64,000 nucleotides of DNA from an uncultured Chthonomonadaceae bacterium (GCA_963835065.1 CAWIEK010000045.1:83804-147803), one strand, 5' to 3'; shown: positions 40,336 through 50,511, numbered from the stretch's first letter. A program made the numbers and translations. Notes: generated by a model not told the origin, from the letters alone.

Positions 40336-40617
40336 CGGCAACCAGCGCGCTTCACTGCAATACCCAAAACCCGCTAATCATCAGGCGGGTTTTCCATTTT
40401 CCTGCCGCCCACAGAAGGAAAACACCGCCCGTCCGCCGAACTCTGAGCAAACACACATCACCCTGCAGGAGCCGCCGCACAGGGCGTTGGGCGCATAAGT
40501 CAGGACGATTTGCCACCGCTGAACATAGCGGCGGACGGGACGGCTTTTGCGCAGGCTGGTGATGCGGTACATGGTGAATCCTTTCATGGGTTGAACAGGA
40601 GACAAGGCGAGACAACG

Positions 40618-40866
40618 ATGCCATTTACCATAGAGACAGCAGTAGACGCAGGTCGCTTAGGGGGACAAAGCGCGACAGGCGACAAGAAACGACAGGCGGG
40701 TCAGAAAGGCGGGGCTGCCAGGTCAGAAATCAAGGCAATCACCAGCGCGGAGAACGGCGCGAAGGGCGGGCGTCCGGCCACCAAGCCCTGTACGTGTGGC
40801 GCAGGCATAGGAGAAAAGCACAAGCGTCCCTGCGCATGGGCGCGACGCAAGCCGAAGGAGGATTGA
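40618..40866 (+). CDS. Small basic KGG-motif protein with Cys/His tail (mobile-element type)
   Basis: GRLGG, GQKGG, SAENGAKGGRP, CTC...HKRPC; GGAG upstream. Confidence 0.6.
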   Translation: MPFTIETAVDAGRLGGQSATGDKKRQAGQKGGAARSEIKAITSAENGAKGGRPATKPCTCGAGIGEKHKRPCAWARRKPKED

Positions 40867-40867
40867 T

Positions 40868-41380
40868 ATGGAGGGTCTTGTCATTGGCGTTGTCTTCGTC
40901 TTTATTTTATTTCTTGTCGGATTGAAACGTAGTACGCCATCCGCAAAAGCAATAAAGGCGCGTGACCTGGTTTCTTTCTCCACATCGTTAGCACAACCAG
41001 AAGTATTCAAGGCCATACTGTCTTTCGCGCAAACCTCCGGCCTGAATATCGAAAGTATGGAGGAAGCACAAGGCGAAATTGTGTTAGGCGAGAACCTTAG
41101 TCTTCTCAAAAATCATAACGGCTATTGGTTGCCTATCTACCTGTCTTCTGATGTGCAAGGCAACACCCTTGTCGAAATGGCGATCCAGTCCAAAGCATAT
41201 CAGGCGGGTTTCATGCTGCGCAAGATTCGCGATAATGCGCTGAACAATTTGAAAGCCAGCATCATTCTACAAGGGGGAACAATGGGAACAAAGACTTATC
41301 AGCAAACACCTCCCGAATCTGCCTTTGTCGAAACTTCATCACAGCCAGCAGTAAAGATCACAATGGCGCGTAAACGCTGA
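40868..41380 (+). CDS. Hypothetical membrane-anchored protein
   Basis: GGAGG RBS and N-terminal TM helix. Confidence 0.7.
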   Translation: MEGLVIGVVFVFILFLVGLKRSTPSAKAIKARDLVSFSTSLAQPEVFKAILSFAQTSGLNIESMEEAQGEIVLGENLSLLKNHNGYWLPIYLSSDVQGNTLVEMAIQSKAYQAGFMLRKIRDNALNNLKASIILQGGTMGTKTYQQTPPESAFVETSSQPAVKITMARKR

Positions 41381-41405
41381 GAACTTAACCGCGAAGCGTC
41401 CCAAA

Positions 41406-41570
41406 GCCCACAAAGACCGAGCCGCCCACATCTGGTGTGAGAACGCGACCCTGCTCACAGGAACCCTCTGGCACTACATCAAGGTTCCCCAGGCCGACTT
41501 TGAACGGCTGCAGCCCTACACCTGCGCCGAACTCGAAGTCCTCGCGCCCGCATCTTTGAATTTCAAATAG
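41406..41570 (+). pseudogene. C-terminal remnant of a type III restriction enzyme Res subunit
   Basis: Startless frame AHKDRAAHIWCENATLLTGTLWHYIKVPQADFERLQP...*, recognised from memory of Res C-termini. Confidence 0.6.
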
Positions 41571-41651
41571 CTACTATACCGTGTTGACAATCTTTCTACG
41601 AAGCAACATTTATGCGCCTGCTGACGCCTTGCCCATCAAGAGGCTGTGTCT

Positions 41652-42707
41652 ATGTCAAACACAGAGAACGAACAAACAACCTATTCCGTCGTCACTGTTT
41701 CCGAAGAAGACTGGCATGAGTTCAATTTTGATTGGGACAGACCTGATGAACTTCACTCCCCTTACAACTACCTTGCTGACCTTCATGACCTGCTGCTACG
41801 CGAGTACCACACTCTGCACGGCTTGAAACTGCCCCGCAACTACCATTTTTTAGACGTGATCGCCGCGCATGAGAGTTTACGCGCCGTTATGCCTGACAAT
41901 GACGGTTGGTGGTGGAATTCTCGTGATCAAGCAATGGTGCGCCTGCACACCGCCATAACACGAGAATTTGGCTCTGAATTTCGCGCTTCCTATCAGGATA
42001 GTCCCATGCCTACACGCCCGCGTACCAGAACCACTGACTACGAGCCAACACTACAAGAAGTTGAATACGAGATTATCAAACGCTCGCAACCCTACGCCCT
42101 GCGCAACCATGCCGCGCCGCTGTTCCAAAACGCCATTGCTCAGGCTGAACGCGATCTCAAACAAACCTACAGCAATGAGAACGACCGATTAGATCAAGGA
42201 TTGGACGAACATCTGGAAGAACAACAGACGAGGCATGAATGGGGGTATGTCCCTGCTTATTATGAGACCGAAGAGGCTTATCAAGAAGCGCAGGAACAGG
42301 AGCAACAGCAACGTTTCGAGGAAGAACTGTTCAGAACGCGCAAATGGGAGTATGCTCACTTACGCCTGCACTGGCTGCGCGAAACACAGGCGCAGGTTAT
42401 GCAACTTGTCGCCGCTGCGAAAAAGCAGGTTTACATCAGGACGTTTCGAGGACTCATCAAGCCTGAAGATGTACTGAATGCCGCCGACGCTCTGCTAAAA
42501 CTGCCCCCTTCAAAGTATAGCGCCACAGAACCTGATGTGCGGCTTGGCGCATGGTACGCCGGAATGCTATATACGTGCGGCGCAACCGATAAAGATTTGG
42601 CCGATGTGCTTGACAGCTACTGTGATTGGGCTTCGCTCGTCAAGAAGATACGCCAGAATAATACAAATGACGTAATACACAGACAAAGCAATCTGCAAAT
42701 CACATGA
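41652..42707 (+). CDS. Hypothetical acidic, coiled-coil-rich protein
   Basis: Long ORF of about 350 aa; no recognised motif. Confidence 0.65.
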   Translation: MSNTENEQTTYSVVTVSEEDWHEFNFDWDRPDELHSPYNYLADLHDLLLREYHTLHGLKLPRNYHFLDVIAAHESLRAVMPDNDGWWWNSRDQAMVRLHTAITREFGSEFRASYQDSPMPTRPRTRTTDYEPTLQEVEYEIIKRSQPYALRNHAAPLFQNAIAQAERDLKQTYSNENDRLDQGLDEHLEEQQTRHEWGYVPAYYETEEAYQEAQEQEQQQRFEEELFRTRKWEYAHLRLHWLRETQAQVMQLVAAAKKQVYIRTFRGLIKPEDVLNAADALLKLPPSKYSATEPDVRLGAWYAGMLYTCGATDKDLADVLDSYCDWASLVKKIRQNNTNDVIHRQSNLQIT

Positions 42708-43019
42708 TTGCCTGCTGAAAAATTCAAAAAAGCGAATTTTCAAAGAATTCAGTGTGCCCCTTGTGGTTGGACTATACTACAAATGTAGCCAGCGATGAGG
42801 GGCTTTTAAGTGTAACACGAACACGAACGCGCCCCATGAAATATGGCACAAATGGCCGCCAGCCAGCCTTTCCCGATAGTCTTGTCACCCACCGGTGGCA
42901 ATGACAACAAAGCCCCTGCGAGCCTGGCGGCCCGCAGGGGCTTTGTCATTTCTACTAGGTTAGCAGACGGAACCGACACGTTGGGGAACGGGGCGCGGTT
43001 CCATCTGTAAGGAGTACCC

Positions 43020-43568
43020 ATGTCTGGTGAGAGTATACCCCGAATTGAGCCAGGTTCCAGAGCCTACAACCGCAAACTGTCCCGGCTTTTAGAAGATGTC
43101 AAAACAGAAACCGATGGATGGAAAGCTAAATGCCCGTTTTGCGCAAACAACACGCTGTACTTGCCGCATGAGGGAGGAGCCTATTGCAAGTCTGACACCT
43201 GCGGCGGACAAGAACTTTACGAAACCATCTCCCAGTTGGTCGAAGATTACTTCCAGCAACCGAACCTGTTCACAGAGGCCGCAGTATCTGCCGTTTCCGA
43301 ATGTCTGCTGCCCGCGCCGTATGCCGTGCCGGAACCTGACGAACCTGTGTTAACGGCTCGCGCTGTTCTGGAAGCCTTGCAGGTTCGCATGGTACAGGAC
43401 TTGGACAAAGCGCGTGAAGCCATTCAGAAGCAGAAGTCCTATGAAGTCACCGGCTGGAACTACCGTGAACACCATCTGGAACACGCCCTGCTCGTCATTG
43501 GCGAATACTGGGGCCGGGAACTGTGCAACCGGCTGGACTTGAAGCCCGCCGACAAAGCAACGCTGTAA
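43020..43568 (+). CDS. Hypothetical protein with zinc-ribbon-like motif (phage/satellite-like)
   Basis: AAGGAG RBS; GWKAKCPFC...YCKSDTC, reminiscent of primase Zn-binding domains. Confidence 0.65.
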   Translation: MSGESIPRIEPGSRAYNRKLSRLLEDVKTETDGWKAKCPFCANNTLYLPHEGGAYCKSDTCGGQELYETISQLVEDYFQQPNLFTEAAVSAVSECLLPAPYAVPEPDEPVLTARAVLEALQVRMVQDLDKAREAIQKQKSYEVTGWNYREHHLEHALLVIGEYWGRELCNRLDLKPADKATL

Positions 43569-43838
43569 CCAACAAAGAGGGTTTAGGAAGTGCGTCAACA
43601 CTCCCTAAGCCCGGAACCGGGAAGAATAAGCAACCCCTGTCGATTCCTATTCTACACCATTGAAGAGAAGAGAGGAACCAGAAAATGTCTACTGTTGTGA
43701 TTTATACCCGTTTCACCAGCAGGGAGAGTTCCACACATTAAATCAACCACAGAGAACGCTTGACGGTGTTCTTGTGGCTGTTGTTCGGCATGTTGGCCTC
43801 AACGTCGCAGTAGTGAAGCAGGACAAAAATAATACGAA

Positions 43839-43876
43839 CAGGAACCGGAAAGCGGAAAACGCTTTCCGGTTCCTGT
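43839..43876. terminator. Strong hairpin downstream of tRNA-Met
   Basis: CAGGAACCGGAAAGCG-GAAAA-CGCTTTCCGGTTCCTG. Confidence 0.7.
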
Positions 43877-43991
43877 GCATAGTAACTCTTGTACCGTGAT
43901 ATATCAGGTACAAGCAGATGCTTGAATGAGGATTAAAGCGGGTATGAATTCCCAACTCTAACCCTCATCAAATGTCAATAACTGTCAACAA

Positions 43992-44065
43992 TAGCGGAAG
44001 AGGGACTTGAACCCCCGACATTTCGGGTATGAACCGAACGCTCTAACCAACTGAGCTATTCCGCC
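43992..44065 (-). tRNA. tRNA-Met(CAT), elongator type; CCA not encoded
   Basis: GGCGGAATAGCTCAGTTGGTTAGAGCGTTCGGTTCATACCCGAAATGTCGGGGGTTCAAGTCCCTCTTCCGCTA. Confidence 0.92.
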
Positions 44066-44091
44066 AAATTTCCCCAATTTAGAATACCATT

Positions 44092-44120
44092 AATATACCA
44101 TGCGGGTAGTTGTTTGTCAA
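44092..44120 (-). promoter_or_regulatory. sigma70 promoter of tRNA-Met
   Basis: TTGACA-17 bp-TATATT with TG extension. Confidence 0.75.
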
Positions 44121-45061
44121 GATGTGGATACATCGTTCTCCGGCAACATTGCTGAGGCGGGTGTCATGATTTGCAAAGCGCGGGGCGAAAGCGTAAACGT
44201 AACGGGCGTGGTTCCCGTTACTTCGCCGTCAATCAGGAGGGGTAACGGAGGATTGCTTTCGATGTGAACGGTTCGGGCGCGCAGCATGGTCACTTTGGAA
44301 TGTGTGATGTGGGTTCCTTTGAACACGCGGGGAAAGGCGCGAACAAATTCAAGCCTTCCCGCTTCGGCAAGCAGGCAAATGTCGAACAGGCCGTCGTCAA
44401 TGCGGGCGTCGGGAGTTACCATCATGCCGCCGCCGTAGGAAGTGGCGTTGGCAACGGAACACATCAGGGCGCGAACGTGGCGCGTTTCGCCGTCCAGTGT
44501 CAGCGTCAGTTCGGCGGATTTGAGATGCAGCAGGGAATGGGCAATGGCGGCAAGGTACGCGCTCGTACCCCGCAGGAGGGGAAAGCCGCGATTGGCGCGT
44601 TGGGCGACAATGGCATCGAAACCGCACCCGGCAATGTTGACGAACCATCGGCCATGCGCCTGCCCGACATCTACGAATTGCGGCCTGCCCTGAAAGAGCG
44701 TTTCTGCCGCGCGCTTTATATCCGTTCCAAGCCCGATACAGCGCGCGAAATCGTTGCCCGTGCCCATCGGCAGCAGGCCAAGCATCACCTTCTGCCTGCT
44801 TTCGACTGGTTCTGCCATCAGGCCGTTGACAACCTCGTTCAACGTGCCGTCGCCGCCCGCTGCCGCGATAATTTCCGCGCCTGCCCCCACCGCCTGCCGC
44901 GCCAGTTCACTGGCATGCCCCTTCGCCTGCGTTTCCACAATCTTCCATACGGCAGAAGAGGAGGGCGCGGCTGCCGTCAACAACCGTTCCAGTTCCGCTC
45001 GAAGCTGTGTGCCCCGGCCCCGGCCCGCTTTTGGATTGAGAATAATCGTAATTTGGGACAT
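44117..45061 (-). CDS. Diacylglycerol kinase family lipid kinase (YegS/BmrU-like)
   Basis: NPKAGRG, AGGDGTLNEVVNG, PMGTGNDFAR, YGGGM, DGE. Confidence 0.93.
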   Translation of the reverse strand: MSQITIILNPKAGRGRGTQLRAELERLLTAAAPSSSAVWKIVETQAKGHASELARQAVGAGAEIIAAAGGDGTLNEVVNGLMAEPVESRQKVMLGLLPMGTGNDFARCIGLGTDIKRAAETLFQGRPQFVDVGQAHGRWFVNIAGCGFDAIVAQRANRGFPLLRGTSAYLAAIAHSLLHLKSAELTLTLDGETRHVRALMCSVANATSYGGGMMVTPDARIDDGLFDICLLAEAGRLEFVRAFPRVFKGTHITHSKVTMLRARTVHIESNPPLPLLIDGEVTGTTPVTFTLSPRALQIMTPASAMLPENDVSTS

Positions 45062-45135
45062 CGGCTCTGTACTCCTGTTATTCCAGTGCTATACTATGAC
45101 ATACTGCGCGTATTTTCAACAGGAGAGATTTTGCC

Positions 45136-45933
45136 ATGATTATCCAATCCGAGGAAGTTGCCGAGATTGACACGCCTACCGGCCCGATGCGGGCGTATGT
45201 GTTTCGCCCCGTCGCGCCCGGTCGCTATCCCGGCCTGCTGCTGTATTCCGAGATTTTCCAGGTGACGGGGCCGATACGCCGGACGGCTTCCCTGCTGGCA
45301 AGCAACGGGTTTGTCGTGGCCGTGCCGGAAATCTATCACGAACTGGAACCGGCGGGAACGGTTCTGCCCTACGATGAAGCGGGCGCGGATGCGGGCAACC
45401 GCCACAAAACAACCAAAGAGATTGCGGCTTACGACAGCGACGCCCGCGCCGCATTGGATTTTCTCAAGGCACATTCGGCCTGCACGGGCAAGGTGGGCGT
45501 GATGGGAATCTGCATTGGCGGGCATCTGGCTTTCCGCGCCGCCATGAACCCGGATGTTGCCGCCACAACGTGTTTTTATGCTACGGACATTCACAAGCGG
45601 AGTCTGGGCAAAGGCATGAACGACAACTCGCTGGATCGTATCGGGGACATCAAGGGCGAGTTGCTGATGATCTGGGGCCGTCAGGACCCGCACGTTCCCC
45701 GCGAGGGACGGCAAATCGTTTACAACGCCCTGAGCGACGCGGGCGCGTGGTTTCAGTGGCACGAGTTCAACGCCGCCCATGCCTTTTTACGCGACGAAGG
45801 CCCCCGCTACGATCCCGTTTCCGCCCGCATCGGCTACGAGATGGCGCTGGAATTGTTCAAGCGGCGATTAGGCGAGGGCGACCAAACCGCAGCATCTACA
45901 GGCGGCGAAGGCGCAACGCAAACGAAACATTAA
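45136..45933 (+). CDS. Dienelactone hydrolase family protein
   Basis: SEIFQVT, GICIGGHLA, QDPHVP, HAFLRDEG. Confidence 0.93.
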   Translation: MIIQSEEVAEIDTPTGPMRAYVFRPVAPGRYPGLLLYSEIFQVTGPIRRTASLLASNGFVVAVPEIYHELEPAGTVLPYDEAGADAGNRHKTTKEIAAYDSDARAALDFLKAHSACTGKVGVMGICIGGHLAFRAAMNPDVAATTCFYATDIHKRSLGKGMNDNSLDRIGDIKGELLMIWGRQDPHVPREGRQIVYNALSDAGAWFQWHEFNAAHAFLRDEGPRYDPVSARIGYEMALELFKRRLGEGDQTAASTGGEGATQTKH

Positions 45934-45941
45934 CACATCTC

Positions 45942-46337
45942 ATGCCAAACTCTGAACCCGAACCAACGTCTGTCCACCGGCTGTTTGTTTCGCGCCTGCT
46001 GCTGGCGTCGTTGTTTTATGTCGCAGGCATCCTGCACTTCGTCTTTCCTGACCGCTACGCCGAAATCATTCCGCCGTTCCTGCCGTTTCCGCTTGCGCTC
46101 GTGTATATCAGCGGCGTATGCGAGTCCTTCGGCGGGATTGGCGTACTGGTTCCTTCAGTTCGTCGGTACGCCGGATATGGACTGATTGCCCTGCTCATCG
46201 CGGTGTTTCCCGCCAACATCTACATGCTGTACAAACAATGGCAGGAACACGGCTGGACAGCCTTTACATGGCTGCTCGTCGCGCGCCTGCCGTTGCAGTT
46301 CGTTATGATTCATTGGGTTCAGCGCGCTACGCGCTAA
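45942..46337 (+). CDS. DoxX family membrane protein
   Basis: AGILHF..P..Y..IIPP.LP....LVYISGVCE, VFPANIYM, RLPLQ. Confidence 0.88.
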   Translation: MPNSEPEPTSVHRLFVSRLLLASLFYVAGILHFVFPDRYAEIIPPFLPFPLALVYISGVCESFGGIGVLVPSVRRYAGYGLIALLIAVFPANIYMLYKQWQEHGWTAFTWLLVARLPLQFVMIHWVQRATR

Positions 46338-48597
46338 TCGCTCAACGTATCTGTATAAGCGCGCAGTTCGTTGTTGGCGACATCCGCCTGCGCGCGCAGC
46401 CGGATTACTTCCTGCCGCAGGCTTTCCAGTTTGGTTTCCTGCGTGTCCAGTTCCGCTACATAGCGCTTGTACAGGGCAGAGTCTCTGTCCAGTCCCGCCA
46501 TGTTCTTGCGTATACGGTCCTGGTCGGCGTCTATTGTTTGCGCGTCTGTGTTGCGGGCGTTTGCCTGCGCCTGCAACTCCAAAACGCGCCTTCGCCGCTT
46601 GACAACCTCTTCCAGCGTTGCGCGGAGTTTGGGCGAAATGTCCTTGCGCGTGGAATACGCGACAAGGGCGTTGAGGTCGCCGTCGAAAATCCCGAATTCC
46701 TGCGACAAAGGCCGCTCCGTGACCACTTTCAGCGTCTGCGATTTGCCGGGCGGGACTGCAACCACGAACCGATACAGGCTGGCCGTGCGCTCCGTCGCTT
46801 TTTCGGGCGCAGTCAGCTTGTAATCCGCCTGAAATGGATGCTCGATCAGCACGTTCCGCACTTTGTCGGATTTGGATTTCAGCGTGTATGTGGTTTCTAC
46901 CCGTTCACGCCGTGAAGCCGTCAGCACTCCTCGCTTCAGGCTCAGAGTGGTTTCGATGCTGTCTACCGCCGGGCCTTGCCGCTCGCCTTCCACTGTCATA
47001 TCTACCGCGTAGGTGATCAGCCGATTGTCACCCGGCGGTATATCTTCCATGCGGGCATCCCCGGCGTATACGCCGCCATCCAGCAGCGTGACCGGCCCAC
47101 CTTTCAAATGCAGCGCAGTGGTATTGCGAATCCGAACCGCGTTCATGGGATAGCGCGGACCGGAATCCGCATTATACAGCGACACCTTGCTCGCTTCAAT
47201 CCCCTGCGCGATCACGGGAATCATGGCCGCCTGCTGGCGCGGCAGCGTAACGGGCGTGGTAATGTTGTATTGAAACAACTCCCCCGCTTTTTGCCCCGCC
47301 GCCTGCGCCTTCACCAACTCGCGCAACAGAGCGTCCCTGTTCACCTCCATCATGTCGCCGCGACTGTCCGGCATAGAAGCGCTTGGCGCAAGTCCACTGG
47401 GACCGGGCGCTCCGGCGGGACCGGCTTCGCCTGCCGCGCCGCGCTGCCGTCCATACGCTGCGCCACCTCCAAAGCCACCCCCGCCGCCACCTCCGCCGCC
47501 CCCAAACCGCCAAATCCAAGCGCAAAATTGTTCTGCAAATCGCCTTCATGGGTTTGTGGGTAGGGTGACGCGACCACATCCGCGCCGACTACCGGGCGCG
47601 GCAGATACAACGGCTGGTACAAATCCTGAATGAACGAGATCGGACGCCCGGACACGAGCGACAGGCGCACGTTCTGCCAATCCTCGTCGGACGTATTTTC
47701 CACAATCGCCCATCCCTGCAAATATGGCTGTCCGTTTGGCGCCTGCGCGTTTGCGGCCTGTGGGTTCGCAGGCTGCGCTTTTGCCCCCTGCCCTTTTGTT
47801 GGAATTGCCCTTTCCGGCCTGCCCTGTAGTTGGGTTTCCACCAGGCTGACGTGCTTTTGCAGTTTGATTGGCTTTGCCGCGTCCGCGCCGTCGAGCAACA
47901 GCCGGTAACTCATTTTCCACAGCGGCGCTTCCGTGACGTAGCCGACCCGCACTTCGCGCCGCCCGTTACCCGCAAAATGGAGCATCACCTGCCGCCGCGA
48001 ATCATCCGAACCGGACGCCAGCAGTGTGAGGGCGTCCCGAAACTCTTTGTTCAGGCGCGCGTCCAGCAGGCGAATGGTATGTTCGCCATCCAGGCGCAGG
48101 GAAACCAAACCGGCGTCCGTAAACAGATTCAGGAAGGCCGCATTAATCGGCTTGCTGTCCTCGCCGCCAACCCGCCGCTCCTCCACGCCGATGATCTGCC
48201 CCGTAACGGCCGGCTTGCCGGGCGTTTCCACCGTGACATTCGCGCCCCGCAGTTGGCTCAAAATCTGATCCTGGCTGATGGCGTGGGTGACATCTACGGC
48301 AAACGTTTGCAGCGCGTGGTCGAGGGGGTTGCGGGCGGCATACGTGGCGGGCTGCACCTGCCCGGTTTGGTCCAGCAGCACGAGGGATTTCAGAATGTCG
48401 TTGATTTGCGCCGTGCGAAAAAGGAGGGGAACCGTCGCGTCTCCATCCACGCTGCCGCCGCGCTCCGTATACGAGACTCCACTGGTAAACAGCGTCACCT
48501 GCCGCACGGGAAGCGAACTCGGCGCGGTTTGCGGAGCCTGCGCCCATGCAGGAACCGTCAGCAGCAGTGTGGAAGCAAGCGAAAAAATTGTTTTCAT
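46334..48597 (-). CDS. Secreted DUF4139 domain protein, single frameshift in a G-run (~47500)
   Basis: LPVRQVTLFTSGVSY, INDILKSL, WKMSYRL, QGWAIVEN...SFIQDLYQP, then GELFQY. Adding one G yields a Gly-rich/collagen-like linker joining both ORFs. Confidence 0.85.
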
Positions 48598-48707
48598 AAG
48601 GTCGTATCCACCATTCTAATCTAACCGAGTGAATTCGGTTGCGCCTGTAATAAAACGCTTGTTTGACTTTCTCCAGCGATAAAAGGTTACATCTTCCGGG
48701 TTAGACA

Positions 48708-48862
48708 CAATACGGTTCAAATAAGCGTTGGTAGGGACACAACTTGTTGTGTCCGCGCTCTCATCTACCGCAAGAGGACACATCTACCGCAAGAGGACAC
48801 AACAAGTTGTGTCCCTACAATGTTCTTTTTCAGGTGAAGATTGCCTTATTTGAACGGTATTG
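48708..48862. mobile_element. 155-bp MITE with 18-bp TIRs and 10-bp TSD, carrying an internal GTAG-REP pair
   Basis: CAATACGGTTCAAATAAG / CTTATTTGAACGGTATTG; GGGTTAGACA duplicated at 48698-48707 and 48863-48872. Confidence 0.88.
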
Positions 48863-49065
48863 GGGTTAGACAGGAATTGAAAATCCCCGCCAAACCGCAA
48901 TGCCCCAAAGTGGAAACGCGCTTTTGTTCGGTGTTCGGTTACATAAAAGAGGAGTTCAGCCCGTAAGTGGCGAATTTCCTAACGGATTTCCTATTTGCGT
49001 CCATTTGCGTGTATTTGCGGCTAAATTCCTCCTGAGTATACAGCAGGAAGTGGAGTTTGTAGTTC

Positions 49066-50397
49066 ATGCGCTATTTTCCGTTCGGCAAAGCGGCGTTTGC
49101 AATGCTGCTGCTGGCTCTGTTCAGCGGCGGATGGCTGGCGTTACACCCCCCGCCCCACAAGAAATCCACGCTGACCATGTGGACGTTTGCCCGCAACCAT
49201 TATCTGTCCTACCAGAAAGCCGTTGCCGACTTTGAAGCCACGCATCCGGGCGTGACCGTCAACGTGGAACTGGTTTCCAACAACGCCCTTGCCGCCCGCC
49301 TGCAAAGCGCGTTTCAGGCCGATTTGGACGTGCCGGATATATGCGAGATCGAAATCAGTTCCGCAGGCACGTTCTTTCGCGGGCCGGTCAACCATATCGG
49401 GTTTGCCGACCTGACCGACCGTATTCACCAATCCGGGCTGTGGGACGAAATGGTACAATCCCGCTTCGCGCCCTACACGACGCGAGGCCGCATTTTCGGA
49501 CTGCCGCACGACGTACACCCGGTTCAGCTCGCGTATCGGCGCGACCTGTTTGAACAATTGGGCATTGATGCCAATAAACTGCAAACATGGGATGATTTCA
49601 TTGCCGCAGGCCGCAAAATCACGGTTCCCGGCAGCTGCTACATGGCTGAGTTCAGCGATTCGGATACCAACGCGCTCGAACTCGCGTTGTTCCAGCGCGG
49701 CGGCGGGTATTTCGACCCGGAAGGCAACTGCATCCTCGACAGCGAAACCGCCGTGCAAACCCTGCTGTGGTACGTGCCGCTCGTATCCGGCCCCAAACGC
49801 ATCGGCAATTCGCTCGGCGGCGGGCAACTGCTGACGCGCTCGATGGAGGAAGGCTACATCTTATGCTACCTCGCCCCGGACTGGCGCACCTTTTATTTTC
49901 AAAAGGACACGCCCCGCGTGGGTGGCAAGATGGCGCTGATGCCCCTGCCCGCCGTTATGCCCGGAGGCCGGCGGACGAGTACATGGGGCGGCACCATGCT
50001 CGGCATTACCAAGCGCTGCGCCCATTTCGATCTTGCCTGGGAATTCGCCAAAACCCTGTACACCGACAAGCCCAAACTGGCCGAGCGCTTTGCCGACTCC
50101 AACATCCTGCCCGCCATGAAAGCCGCATGGAATCAGGAAGCGTTTCATCGTCCCAACCCCTATTTCAGCAATCAGCCGCTTGGCGATTTGTATGCCCGTC
50201 TCGCGCCCGATACGCCCGCGCAGTACAGCAGTCCCTTTGTGGAAACCGCCAAATCCAAATTCGGCGAATCCCTCGTCGCCTGCTGCCAATACTACGAAGC
50301 CAACGGCGCATCCGGCTTTGAACCCTTTGTCCGTCAGCGCTTGAAACAAAGCGCCGATCAGGTTCGCGCGCTGAGCGCGCGAAATCCGTACAAGTAG
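49066..50397 (+). CDS. Sugar ABC transporter substrate-binding protein
   Basis: FEATHPGVTVNVE, YRRDLFEQLGID, TWDDF, WGGTMLGI. Confidence 0.92.
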   Translation: MRYFPFGKAAFAMLLLALFSGGWLALHPPPHKKSTLTMWTFARNHYLSYQKAVADFEATHPGVTVNVELVSNNALAARLQSAFQADLDVPDICEIEISSAGTFFRGPVNHIGFADLTDRIHQSGLWDEMVQSRFAPYTTRGRIFGLPHDVHPVQLAYRRDLFEQLGIDANKLQTWDDFIAAGRKITVPGSCYMAEFSDSDTNALELALFQRGGGYFDPEGNCILDSETAVQTLLWYVPLVSGPKRIGNSLGGGQLLTRSMEEGYILCYLAPDWRTFYFQKDTPRVGGKMALMPLPAVMPGGRRTSTWGGTMLGITKRCAHFDLAWEFAKTLYTDKPKLAERFADSNILPAMKAAWNQEAFHRPNPYFSNQPLGDLYARLAPDTPAQYSSPFVETAKSKFGESLVACCQYYEANGASGFEPFVRQRLKQSADQVRALSARNPYK

Positions 50398-50505
50398 GCA
50401 TCAGGCATCAGGCATCAGGCATTAGAAGAAACGGTTGCACATAGAGCAACTCTCCTGGTACTCAACATCTAATGCCTAATGCCTGATGCCTGATGCCTGA
50501 TACCT
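50395..50505. repeat. Inverted heptamer arrays (AGGCATC/T)n ... (A/GATGCCT)n
   Basis: Fills the SBP stop to permease start interval. Confidence 0.9.
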
Positions 50506-50511
50506 AACACC

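Noticed and set aside
40381..40572. Small minus-strand ORF MYRITSLRKSR...
   Set aside because: It could be real (possible RBS, terminator at its end), but there is no motif support, so it was not called.
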